Part shown: positions 18,386 through 26,434 of the stretch, piece by piece
How the letters are laid out: each line of letters starts with the position of its first letter
Position numbering within the stretch: the first letter of the stretch is position 1
Notes under the pieces: model-generated
The model's input: only the letters and a program-made list of their open reading frames with translations
Databases searched by the model: none
Told to the model about the DNA's origin: nothing
Translations under genes and position numbers: made by a program
Origin: an uncultured Anaerolineales bacterium
GTDB taxonomy: Bacteria > Chloroflexota > Anaerolineae > Anaerolineales > UBA11858
Reading direction: 5' to 3'
DNA length: 64,000 bases
Assembly (NCBI GenBank): GCA_964629085.1
Contig: CAZVPR010000016.1
Location: 102 to 64,101, forward strand

Positions 18386-18595
18386 TCTAGTTCCTCGTGG
18401 TTATTTGTGGAATTTGATCTGGATGGGGGAATTGTACTTTATGCGCGAGCAAATGCAATTGAAGCTTTGACTGATTTGATAAGCGCAAAGTTATTGATGC
18501 GCAAGGCTTGCAGTTTAATTTGTCTTTCATTATGAGATGGTTATAATAGAATTTGTGAGGTTATATATTTAATCGTATCTCAAAGGAGCAACACG

Positions 18596-19285
18596 ATGAC
18601 CGATCAAAAGATCACCGTTTCAGAAAACGGCCCTTACCACGTACAGGGCAGCCTGCCCCTGGTACGAAAAAAGCAAATCAGTTCCGAACACGGCGAACCG
18701 ATGACCTGGCAAAAGACCGGTGAAGTCGAAGCCCAGGAAGAATACTGGTTATGTCGTTGCGGTGGCTCCAGCAATAAACCCTTCTGCGATGGCACGCACC
18801 GCAAAAATGATTTCGATGGTACGGAAACCGCCGATACTAATAGTTACGAGGAGCGCATGGTTATCCACGAAGGCAGTACCGATATCATCATCAAACGCGA
18901 TTATTCCATTTGCGCCAGTGCTGGTTACTGCGGTAATCGTTTCGCGAATATCAAGAAGATGGCCGCAGATACTGACGAATCCACCGTGCGCGCCCAGGTA
19001 ATGGCGATGGTCGAGCGCTGTCCGTCGGGATCATATACGTATGCCTTTTCAAGTGATGCCGAGAACAACGAAGTCGATCTGTCCAAACAGGTAGCCGCAA
19101 CGACTGAGATGACTTCCGAAGGGCCTATCCAGGGGCCCTTGTGGGTGACGGGCCAGATCGAGATCCACCGGGCCGACGGCCAGCCCATGGAAGTGCGCAA
19201 CCGGGTTACGTTGTGCCGCTGTGGAAAATCGAAAAATAAGCCGCTGTGTGATGGCACCCATCGAGAGTTGGGTGTGGAGGAATAA
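18596..19285 (+). CDS. CDGSH iron-sulfur domain-containing protein (two CDGSH motifs)
   Basis: CRCGGSSNKPFCDGTHRK and CRCGKSKNKPLCDGTHRE flank a Cys-containing central region. An AAAGGAG RBS is present. Confidence 0.85.
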   Translation: MTDQKITVSENGPYHVQGSLPLVRKKQISSEHGEPMTWQKTGEVEAQEEYWLCRCGGSSNKPFCDGTHRKNDFDGTETADTNSYEERMVIHEGSTDIIIKRDYSICASAGYCGNRFANIKKMAADTDESTVRAQVMAMVERCPSGSYTYAFSSDAENNEVDLSKQVAATTEMTSEGPIQGPLWVTGQIEIHRADGQPMEVRNRVTLCRCGKSKNKPLCDGTHRELGVEE

Positions 19286-19292
19286 ACATCAA

Positions 19293-19326
19293 GGAAAGAG
19301 GTTCCTGGTACCAGGAACCTCTTTCC
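19293..19326. repeat. Perfect 34-nt palindrome immediately upstream of the Y1-transposase-like gene
   Basis: GGAAAGAGGTTCCTGGT|ACCAGGAACCTCTTTCC has 17-bp arms with no mismatch. It lies 8 nt after the CDGSH stop and 25 nt before GTG 19351. No T-tract follows. Confidence 0.8.
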
Positions 19327-19350
19327 ACAAATAGATGGAGGTTGGGAAAC

Positions 19351-19974
19351 GTGACACGAGAACCGTTGGAATGTGGTGTGACATACCATATCTATAATCG
19401 GGGTAATAATGGGGAAACAATATTTTTGGAAAAACGAAATTACGCTTACTTCTTGCGGCTTTATGAGAAGTATATCGTTCCGATAGCGGATACTTTTGCG
19501 TATTGTTTGTTGGGGAATCACTTTCATTTTATGGTGAGAATTAAAGAAGAAAAAGACCTTCCACAAGACCTTCCAGGTTTTCAAAACCTAGGTCTAATGG
19601 AAGGTCGTAATAAACCCTTATTTAGATATTTCTCCAATTTCTTCAATGCTTACACAAAAGCCATCAACAAAGCCTACAGCCGCAGCGGCAGTCTATTCGA
19701 AAAGAATTTCAAACGCAAGCCTGTAACCCACGATTCTTACATTCAATCCTTGATCGCCTACATTCATTACAACCCCCAAAAGCATGGCTTCGTTGATAAC
19801 TATCGCGATTGGCCGTATTCGTCTTTTTCGGCCTTATGCGACGAAGAAGAAACCTTCCTGGCCCGCGCCGAAATTTTATCCTGGTTCGATGGCCTGGATG
19901 GCTTTGTACGATTTCACCAGGAGATGGCCGACTTCAGGGAAATTTCTCAACTTGTTGAAGCGGATGTTGAATAA
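19351..19974 (+). CDS. IS200/IS605-like HUH Y1 transposase family protein (RayT-like, COG1943-type)
   Basis: YHIYNRGNNGETIF, the HUH motif GNHFHFMV, NAYTKAINKAYSRSGSLFE, and YIHYNPQKHGFV...WPYSSF. Start GTG 19351 lies 10 nt after GGAGG; the track starts at TTG 19342. Confidence 0.75.
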   Translation: MTREPLECGVTYHIYNRGNNGETIFLEKRNYAYFLRLYEKYIVPIADTFAYCLLGNHFHFMVRIKEEKDLPQDLPGFQNLGLMEGRNKPLFRYFSNFFNAYTKAINKAYSRSGSLFEKNFKRKPVTHDSYIQSLIAYIHYNPQKHGFVDNYRDWPYSSFSALCDEEETFLARAEILSWFDGLDGFVRFHQEMADFREISQLVEADVE

Positions 19975-20360
19975 TTTATGCCGTTTTTTGCTTTCAAACG
20001 GGTAATATCACGCCTGGATGATTTTCTCCAACCCTGCAGCCAGTCACATGGGGTACCGATATTATGGAAAATAACAACAATTCTAATGGCAATTTTTTTG
20101 ATGGGTTTGTTCAAAGGGATATTACGGGAACGAAGTTGCTTACTAAAAGGAAACAAATCCTATACTAACATGTTTCCAATCCAGACCTATTTGGATATCT
20201 AACACATCCTGTCTGGTTGATAAACATGTCTTGTTTGGATCGAAAAGATATACTGACAAGTTCACCAACATATACTGACTCGATTCAAATCATGTCCTGT
20301 TTCGTTTAAATCGTTTCGTGTGTTGTGCAATTCTTGCCTCATTATGCTTTCGTCGTGACA

Positions 20361-20423
20361 CGTTTACGGCGTCCGTAAACCAATAGTACATCACGGTATA
20401 ATGGAGCCATGAGCGATCTTTTC
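20361..20423 (+). repeat. Direct repeat copy A: duplicate of the rarA promoter, start codon and first 5 codons
   Basis: 63 nt, 58/63 identical to 21351..21413. It contains TATAAT, GGAGCC, and ATG at 20409. Copy A also carries a perfect hairpin, GTTTACGG-cgt-CCGTAAAC. Confidence 0.85.
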
Positions 20424-20657
20424 GATCACGCGCATCAAAAAAATCTCAGCGGGAGTGATTTATTCGGGAAGGGTGCAATTCATCCTATGGTGCAGCGAGC
20501 CATCGCGGGGGCAGTCGCTGAGGTAGATGTTAAACAAATCATTATTACCCGGCAGTTCACTCCAGCGCAGCGTGTCCAACAGGGATGTTCAATAACTGAT
20601 TTAGCCAATAGCGTTGTGGCATTTTGTCAAAACCAACGCGAGCACTCGAATGTCTGA
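20409..20657 (+). CDS. Hypothetical 82-aa ORF whose first roughly 13 codons derive from a duplicated rarA 5' end
   Basis: MSDLFDHAHQKNL resembles the RarA N-terminus MTDLFTHSMQEKM; the remainder is unrelated. Its stop overlaps the next ATG (ATGTCTGA at 20650-20657). Confidence 0.35.
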   Translation: MSDLFDHAHQKNLSGSDLFGKGAIHPMVQRAIAGAVAEVDVKQIIITRQFTPAQRVQQGCSITDLANSVVAFCQNQREHSNV

Positions 20658-21248
20658 ACCGATATTGCCTTACAGTAAGTTTGTTCGGTTAGTCCTTGAT
20701 GCACTGGATGCTGCCAAAATTTCATACATGATTGGTGGGCGGTGGCAGTATGGGCATGGGGTGAGCCGCGAGCAACACGAGATCTGGATGTCGTTGTTCA
20801 TGTACCCCTTGAGCTTGTCAAACGATTTTCAGAAGAATTGAATGCCAGGGATATGCTAGTTCCTGTAGATATTATCCTCAATCACTTATTGGAAGATCGA
20901 GCAGACACCCCGCTCAACGCAATTCATACCCACAGCGGATATAAAGCTGATATTTATTTGTTACACGAAGGGGACGCATTACGTGAAGAAGCTTTTCGCC
21001 GTCGAAAGCTGGTTGACCTTGGACCAGAAATCGGAAAGGTATTTTTGCATACACCGGAAGATTTGATCATTTACAAGTTGTGGTTTTACAGCCTGAGTCA
21101 GCAAACCAAACATCTTCGTGATATTACAGCTATCATACAAACGCTGGGGGAAAAATTAGATCATGAGTATATTCGCCGCTGGGCAAAGGAAAAAGAAGTC
21201 GAAAAATTGTGGGATGAACTCATTAGGCAAATCAAGGCAAATGATTAG
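20650..21248 (+). pseudogene. Nucleotidyltransferase-fold protein gene interrupted by a 1-nt frameshift
   Basis: The frame from ATG 20650 reads MSEPILPYSKFVRLVLDALDAAKISYMIGG. The protein continues in another frame as AVAVWAWGEPRATRDLDVVVHVP (track ORF 20742..21248). The junction is at the G-run 20737-20739, and one extra G would restore IGGAVAVWAWGEPRATRDLD. Confidence 0.65.
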
Positions 21249-21350
21249 ACATCATATGTAACCCTTGTTGTATCCAAATAATAGAAAATAATCTTATTCC
21301 CCTGGACATTTGGTTTTAGTCAATCAATCCGATCTGCGTTGCCTGGACCG

Positions 21351-21413
21351 CGTCTACGGCGTCGGTAAACCAATATTACATCACGGTATAATGGAGCTAT
21401 GACCGATCTTTTC
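21351..21413 (+). repeat. Direct repeat copy B: native rarA promoter and start
   Basis: Matches 20361..20423 at 58/63 positions. TATAAT lies at 21387-21392 and ATG at 21399. Confidence 0.85.
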
Positions 21414-22814
21414 ACCCATTCTATGCAGGAGAAAATGAAAACCGAGGCCCCGTTGGCGGCGCGCATGCGGCCCCGCAACCTGGACGAGTACGTCGGGCAG
21501 GAACATATCATCGGCGAGGGCAAGCTGCTGCGCCGGGCAATCATCGCCGACCGGCTCTTCGCCTCGATCATATTGTGGGGGCCACCGGGTACGGGCAAGA
21601 CTACCTTGGCAATGGTCATCGCCAACCAGACGAAATCACATTTCGTGACTCTATCTGCCGTCCTGGATGGCAAACCGCGCCTGCGAGAGGTGGTGGACGA
21701 AGCCATTGAGCGTCGCCGTCTATACCAAAAGAAAACTATCCTCTTCGTCGATGAAGTCCATCGTTGGAACAAAGCTCAGCAGGATGCTCTGCTGCCGCAT
21801 GTTGAGAACGGCACGGTCACGCTGATCGGGGCCACTACCGAAAACCCCTATTTCGAAGTCATCGGAGCGCTGGTCTCGCGCTCGCGTGTTTTTCAGTTGC
21901 ACAGTCTGGGCGAGGAACATATCAGTAAACTTGTTGAACGCACCCTCCAGGACATTGAAGTGGGTTACGGCGATCGCAAGATCGAGCTCGATGAACATGC
22001 CCGTCAACACTTGATCTCTGTCTCTGGGGGCGATGCTCGCAATGCCCTCAATGCCCTGGAGTTGGCCGTCGAGTCTACCCCTGAGCAGGCTGATGGCCGC
22101 ATCCACATCACGTTGGAAGTAGCCCAAGATTCGATCCAGCGGCGGGCAGTGCTGTACGACAAGGACGGCGACGCTCATTACGATACAATCTCGGCCTTTA
22201 TCAAATCGGTGCGCGGCTCCGACCCGGATGCGGCCCTGTACTGGCTGGCAAAGATGCTCTACGCGGGTGAAGACCCACGTTTCATCGTCCGCCGTTTGCT
22301 AATCTTGGCCGGGGAAGATATTGGCCTGGCCGACCCTATGGGATTGGTGGTGGCTAACGCTGCTGCACAAGCTTTCGAGTTCGTGGGTATGCCCGAGGGA
22401 ATTTTCCCGATCGTGGAGGCTACACTGTATCTATCGACGGCGCCCAAATCTAACACAACCACGCACTACTTCAAAGCCTTCCAGTTGATTGAAAAGGAGG
22501 GCGTTGGTGAGGTGCCGCTGCACCTGCGCGATGCCAACCGGGACGCCGTTGCCTTGGGGCACGGCAAAGGTTACAGATATGCCCACGATGGCCCCGGTCA
22601 TTTCCAGCCGCAGCAATATTTACCTAATGCTCTGCTGGGCACTTATTTTTATCGTCCCACTGATCAGGGGTATGAATCTCAGGTGATAGCGCGTCTGGAG
22701 CAATGGCGCGCAGCCCAACGCAAAGCCCTGGGCATCGAGAAAGCCGAAACGCTAACAGAATTATCGGAAGATACGATTACGGACATCAAGCGCAAACATA
22801 AATCTGGTAGGTAA
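21399..22814 (+). CDS. rarA: Replication-associated recombination protein A (AAA+ ATPase RarA/MgsA)
   Basis: Walker A LWGPPGTGKTTLA, Walker B ILFVDEVHRWNKAQQDALLP, and the MgsA C-terminal region YDTISAFIKSVRGSDPDAALYWLAKML. Length 471 aa. Confidence 0.9.
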   Translation: MTDLFTHSMQEKMKTEAPLAARMRPRNLDEYVGQEHIIGEGKLLRRAIIADRLFASIILWGPPGTGKTTLAMVIANQTKSHFVTLSAVLDGKPRLREVVDEAIERRRLYQKKTILFVDEVHRWNKAQQDALLPHVENGTVTLIGATTENPYFEVIGALVSRSRVFQLHSLGEEHISKLVERTLQDIEVGYGDRKIELDEHARQHLISVSGGDARNALNALELAVESTPEQADGRIHITLEVAQDSIQRRAVLYDKDGDAHYDTISAFIKSVRGSDPDAALYWLAKMLYAGEDPRFIVRRLLILAGEDIGLADPMGLVVANAAAQAFEFVGMPEGIFPIVEATLYLSTAPKSNTTTHYFKAFQLIEKEGVGEVPLHLRDANRDAVALGHGKGYRYAHDGPGHFQPQQYLPNALLGTYFYRPTDQGYESQVIARLEQWRAAQRKALGIEKAETLTELSEDTITDIKRKHKSGR

Positions 22815-22873
22815 CAAGGTGATTAGGAATGTTATCCTTGATTACCTAATCACCAATATCTGCCTCAAAAAAC

Positions 22874-23521
22874 ATGCCAACAATACTACTCATCCGCCAC
22901 GGAGAAAATGAATACGTCGCCAAAGGCCGTCTGGCTGGACGTTTGCCGGGTGTGCACCTGAACGAGAACGGGCAAAAGCAAGCCCAGGCGCTGGCCGAGG
23001 CCCTGCAACATGCGCCTATCAAAAAGGTGTATGCCAGCCCGCTGGACCGCACCATGGAGACCGCCCAACCCATCGCTGAAGCCTTAAAAATGGAAGTCAT
23101 CCCTGAACCTGGATTGTTGGAAGTGGACTTTGGCGATTGGCAGGACAAAACCCTCAAGCAACTGCGCCGCCGCAAACTGTGGAAGATTGTCCAAGGTGCA
23201 CCGACGCGCATGCGCTTCCCCAACGGTGAGACCTTCGCCAACGCCCAACAGCGTATCGTCGAGGCCATCGAAACCCTGAGTCAGAAGCACAAGCCCCAGG
23301 TTATGATCGTCTGCGTCTCGCACAGTGACATCATCAAGCTGGCGCTGGCTTATTTCCTGGGATTACCTTTGGATTTATTCCAGCGTTTGGTCGTGGCACC
23401 CGCCTCAATTTCCACGCTGCACATGGGTGAAAGTTGGGCCCGGGTTGTCAACATTAACCATGGTGTAAGCATCGGCTTTCCTCATCACCCGCCAAAATCT
23501 TCCCAGAAAAAGAAACACTGA
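22874..23521 (+). CDS. Histidine phosphatase family protein (phosphoglycerate-mutase-like putative phosphomutase)
   Basis: LLIRHGENEY (RHG motif) and VCVSHSDIIK. It is the first gene of a triad with DUF3090 and SCO1664-family genes. Confidence 0.8.
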   Translation: MPTILLIRHGENEYVAKGRLAGRLPGVHLNENGQKQAQALAEALQHAPIKKVYASPLDRTMETAQPIAEALKMEVIPEPGLLEVDFGDWQDKTLKQLRRRKLWKIVQGAPTRMRFPNGETFANAQQRIVEAIETLSQKHKPQVMIVCVSHSDIIKLALAYFLGLPLDLFQRLVVAPASISTLHMGESWARVVNINHGVSIGFPHHPPKSSQKKKH

Positions 23522-23589
23522 TTCTGGTATACTAATTCTATTCAGAGCTCTGCCTCTCAGCGGTTCTGCGTTAAATTCATCTATCGGAA

Positions 23590-24165
23590 ATGAACATGTC
23601 CCGAGAAGAATACAACTTACAACCTGTAGATCACATCACTGCCGATGCCATCGGTCCGGCTGGCCAGCGCGTCTTTTATATCCAGGCGCAGAAAGGCCAC
23701 CAGACCATTACCCTGATTGCCGAGAAATTCCAAATCCAGTCGCTGGCCATTGGCGTCGAGCGTTTCCTGGCTGAGATTGCCGAAAAATATCCCGAGCTGC
23801 CAGCGGCTACGGCGGATTACAGCGAGGAAATCATGCACATCCATCCGCCGGTCGACCCGGTTTTCAGGGTGGCTAATATCGGCCTGGGGTTCAATATCGA
23901 TGAAGACCTGATCGTCCTGGTGATTCATGAACTGTTGCCCGAGCAGGATATCAACGAGGCGCTAGAAATACTCGAAGATCCCGAACCCCCAGAAGATGCC
24001 AGTGTGGCTCGTTTTTGGTGCACTCGTTCGCAGTTGATGGCCTTGAGTCGTTGGGGCATTGAGGTGGCCTCGCGCGGCCGTTCGCTATGTCCACAGTGTG
24101 GAGAACCTGAGGACCCCGAGGGTCATTTCTGCGTCAAGAAGAATGGTGGTCATCGAAGAGATTAG
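23590..24165 (+). CDS. DUF3090 family protein
   Basis: ADAIGPAGQRVFYIQAQKG...EKFQIQSLA, with a C-terminal zinc-ribbon-like CPQCGEPEDPEGHFCVKKNGGH. The start may be the second Met at 23596. Confidence 0.75.
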   Translation: MNMSREEYNLQPVDHITADAIGPAGQRVFYIQAQKGHQTITLIAEKFQIQSLAIGVERFLAEIAEKYPELPAATADYSEEIMHIHPPVDPVFRVANIGLGFNIDEDLIVLVIHELLPEQDINEALEILEDPEPPEDASVARFWCTRSQLMALSRWGIEVASRGRSLCPQCGEPEDPEGHFCVKKNGGHRRD

Positions 24166-24247
24166 CACCATTTATCATCGCCACACCACAAATATGAAGC
24201 AGATCGCCCCGCAGTTTTGCTGCGGGGTTTCCATAATCTGAAACCTA

Positions 24248-24967
24248 ATGTCACCTGATGAAATCATCGAAACTCTAAAAAACGGCAGCCTGGAACTCGA
24301 AGGCGAGTTCGTTCAAGGTTTCAACTACACTTTTTTGGTGCAGATCACGTTTGGTGAGGAAACCATCCGTGGCGTTTACAAACCGCAGCAGGGTGAGCGT
24401 CCCCTGTGGGACTTCCCCGAAAATACCCTGGCCTGCCGTGAGGCTGCCGCCTACCTGGTCAGCAAGGCCTTGGGCTGGGATCTGGTTCCCCCCACAATAT
24501 TCCGTGAAGACGGTCCTTTTGGTCCCGGCTCGGTGCAATTCTTTATCCCTCACAACCCGGATTACAACTACTTCAACCTCAGCCAGGACGATTTCCAGCG
24601 CCTGCGCCCAGTGGTGCTCTTCGACCTGCTGATCAACAACGCCGACCGCAAAGGCAGTCATTTGCTTTTTGGATCCGAAGGCGACCTTTGGTTAATCGAC
24701 CATGGTCTCGGGTTCAATGTGGATGAAAAACTACGTACAGTTATCTGGGATTTTGCCGGTCAGCCGGTCCCGGATGAATTGCGTGCCGACCTTGAAGAAT
24801 TGATGGGACAGTTAGCCCCTGGGTCTGTGTTGGTTGCCGCGTTGAGCGATATGCTTACTCCCGATGAGATCCGGGCTTTGGCGGCGCGTACCGAGGCAAT
24901 CCTGAAAATGAAGCATTTCCCATTTCCCCCACAGGATAGGCGCGCCTATCCTTTCCCGCCGCTCTAG
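24248..24967 (+). CDS. SCO1664 family protein (PI3/PI4-kinase-like fold)
   Basis: VYKPQQGERPLWDFPENTLACREAAAYLVSKALGWDLVPPTIFREDGPFGPGSVQFFI and NNADRKGSHLL...IDHGL kinase-like motifs. Confidence 0.8.
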   Translation: MSPDEIIETLKNGSLELEGEFVQGFNYTFLVQITFGEETIRGVYKPQQGERPLWDFPENTLACREAAAYLVSKALGWDLVPPTIFREDGPFGPGSVQFFIPHNPDYNYFNLSQDDFQRLRPVVLFDLLINNADRKGSHLLFGSEGDLWLIDHGLGFNVDEKLRTVIWDFAGQPVPDELRADLEELMGQLAPGSVLVAALSDMLTPDEIRALAARTEAILKMKHFPFPPQDRRAYPFPPL

Positions 24968-24973
24968 GTTGAC

Positions 24974-25999
24974 ATGACCACACCCTCCGAACAGGAACAT
25001 TTGGACGCTGCCCTTCAAGGGGATCAACAGGCTTATACAGATTTGGTCGAGCCTTATCGTCCTGAGTTGTTAGCGCACTGCTACCGACTTACCGGTTCCA
25101 TGCAGGATGCCGAAGATATGGTGCAAGAGACCATGCTGCGAGCCTGGAGCAAATTGGGCAGTTATGCCGGGCTGGCCTCATTGCGAGCCTGGATGTATAA
25201 AATTGCCACCAATGCTTGCCTCGACGATTTGAAAAAGCAGCGCCGCCGGTTGCTGCCTTCAAGCTCATTCCCACCGGCCGACCCAAATCAACCCTTCGCT
25301 CCGCCAATTTCAGAACTTATCTGGTTGGAACCCTTCCCCGATGAGTTGTTGACGGGCAGCAGCGTTTCCCCTGAAGCAAGTTACAGCCAGCGCGAAAATA
25401 TATCCCTGGCATTCACAATTGCCTTGCAGAACCTGGCGCCGCGCCAGCGAGCCGTGCTTCTTCTGCGAGATGTATTGGGCTGGCGAGCCAACGAAACGGC
25501 AAAAGTGTTAGAGATGTCTCTTTCCTCGGTCAACAGCGCCCTTTTTCGAGCGCGCAAAATTCTGAAACATGTTTATTATTCCGCACCAGAAACTTCTGAC
25601 GAAACCGCTTCGTTATTAGACCGTTATGTTCAGGCGTGGGAGCGTGCTGATATTGATGGATTGGTCAAGCTGATCAAAACGGATGCCCAGTTCACCATGC
25701 CGCCTTCACCGTCATGGTATCAGGGACGCGATGCCATCATTGCAATGATCTCGAATTTCATGTTCGCCGGTGATGCGGTTGGGCGCTGGCGTTTGACTCC
25801 GGTGAGAGCCAACGCTCAACCAGCTTACGCTTTTTACCAACGAGTTGACAGTTCGGATGAATATCAAGCCTTTGGTATTCATGTGCTGGCCATCGATGGT
25901 GGTGAAGTTGCCTCGATTAGTCACTTCTTGCATGAAGGGCTGTTTCCCCATTTTGGTTTGCCGGAACAAAAAAGGAGTTCAACTTCTGAACGCGGTTGA
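24974..25999 (+). CDS. ECF-type RNA polymerase sigma-70 family factor with roughly 150-aa C-terminal NTF2/SnoaL-like extension
   Basis: Region 2 is DAEDMVQETMLRAW and region 4 is LAPRQRAVLLLRDVLGWRANETAKVLEMSLSSVNSALFRARKIL. The long C-terminal domain contains YVQAWERADIDGLVKLI. No anti-sigma gene is adjacent. Confidence 0.8.
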   Translation: MTTPSEQEHLDAALQGDQQAYTDLVEPYRPELLAHCYRLTGSMQDAEDMVQETMLRAWSKLGSYAGLASLRAWMYKIATNACLDDLKKQRRRLLPSSSFPPADPNQPFAPPISELIWLEPFPDELLTGSSVSPEASYSQRENISLAFTIALQNLAPRQRAVLLLRDVLGWRANETAKVLEMSLSSVNSALFRARKILKHVYYSAPETSDETASLLDRYVQAWERADIDGLVKLIKTDAQFTMPPSPSWYQGRDAIIAMISNFMFAGDAVGRWRLTPVRANAQPAYAFYQRVDSSDEYQAFGIHVLAIDGGEVASISHFLHEGLFPHFGLPEQKRSSTSERG

Positions 26000-26006
26000 A
26001 CTCCTT
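25972..26006. terminator. Hairpin overlapping the sigma-factor stop codon
   Basis: AAGGAGTTCAAC-11 nt-GTTGAACTCCTT forms a 12-bp perfect stem. It sits between convergent genes and contains the 12-mer AGTTCAACTTCT, also found at 46417 and 46497. Confidence 0.55.
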
Positions 26007-26024
26007 ATGTGAAAAACTGCTAAA

Positions 26025-26276
26025 TTAGGCTTCTGCGTTGATAGCCTTAGCCTCCGTAAACCCATCATAGGCAAAGAAGATATTCATAAAGAATACAGCA
26101 CCAAACATGATTGGGTAAAGTTCCGGGGCGGCTACTCTGAGTTGGAATTCAACCCAGGTCAGCACCAGCGCACCGATGGTCAGGCCGACACCGACCGCTT
26201 TGCGGCGACCGTTATAAAAAGTGCCCGGGCCCATAAAGAAAAAATTCAAAACTGCGGCAATCCATGGTTTTTTCAT
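26025..26276 (-). CDS. Hypothetical small membrane protein (2-3 TM)
   Basis: 83-aa ORF, MKKPWIAAVLNFFFMGPGTFYNGRRKAVGVGLTIGALVLTWV, hydrophobic throughout. Confidence 0.5.
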   Translation of the reverse strand: MKKPWIAAVLNFFFMGPGTFYNGRRKAVGVGLTIGALVLTWVEFQLRVAAPELYPIMFGAVFFMNIFFAYDGFTEAKAINAEA

Positions 26277-26434
26277 AATTTTTACTCCTTAGAAATTTGA
26301 TATTGTGCTATTATGACGACGCAGATATTCAAAACTGCGCGAAATTCGTAAAAAAGGTGCCAAGTGCGGTGTGCACCGTTAGATACGGATGCACTTCGCA
26401 CCCCGCAGGACGCACATAATCCGAAGGAGTTCCC

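Noticed and set aside
18925-19584. A 219-aa minus-strand ORF spanning the CDGSH gene end, the 34-nt palindrome and the transposase-like gene start.
   Set aside because: It overlaps two plus-strand genes that have clear family motifs and runs straight through the palindrome, so it is spurious.
19557-19608. A nested inverted repeat inside the Y1-transposase-like ORF: GACCTTCCA...TGGAAGGTC with an inner GGTTTT-C-AAAACC, plus a direct repeat of GACCTTCCA. I considered an in-frame MITE insertion.
   Set aside because: The encoded segment falls in the variable linker between the HUH and NAYxKxxN motifs. The linker length is within what I remember for this family, and I cannot demonstrate an insertion without an alignment.
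26330-26434. A GC-rich structured leader upstream of hom (AAGTGC...GCACTT with an inner GTGCAC). I considered an amino-acid riboswitch or T-box.
   Set aside because: No conserved riboswitch core that I can recognise (SAM, lysine or T-box specifier/T-box motif) is present. It looks more like another REP-like palindrome. The track ORF 26364..26609 over it is spurious.
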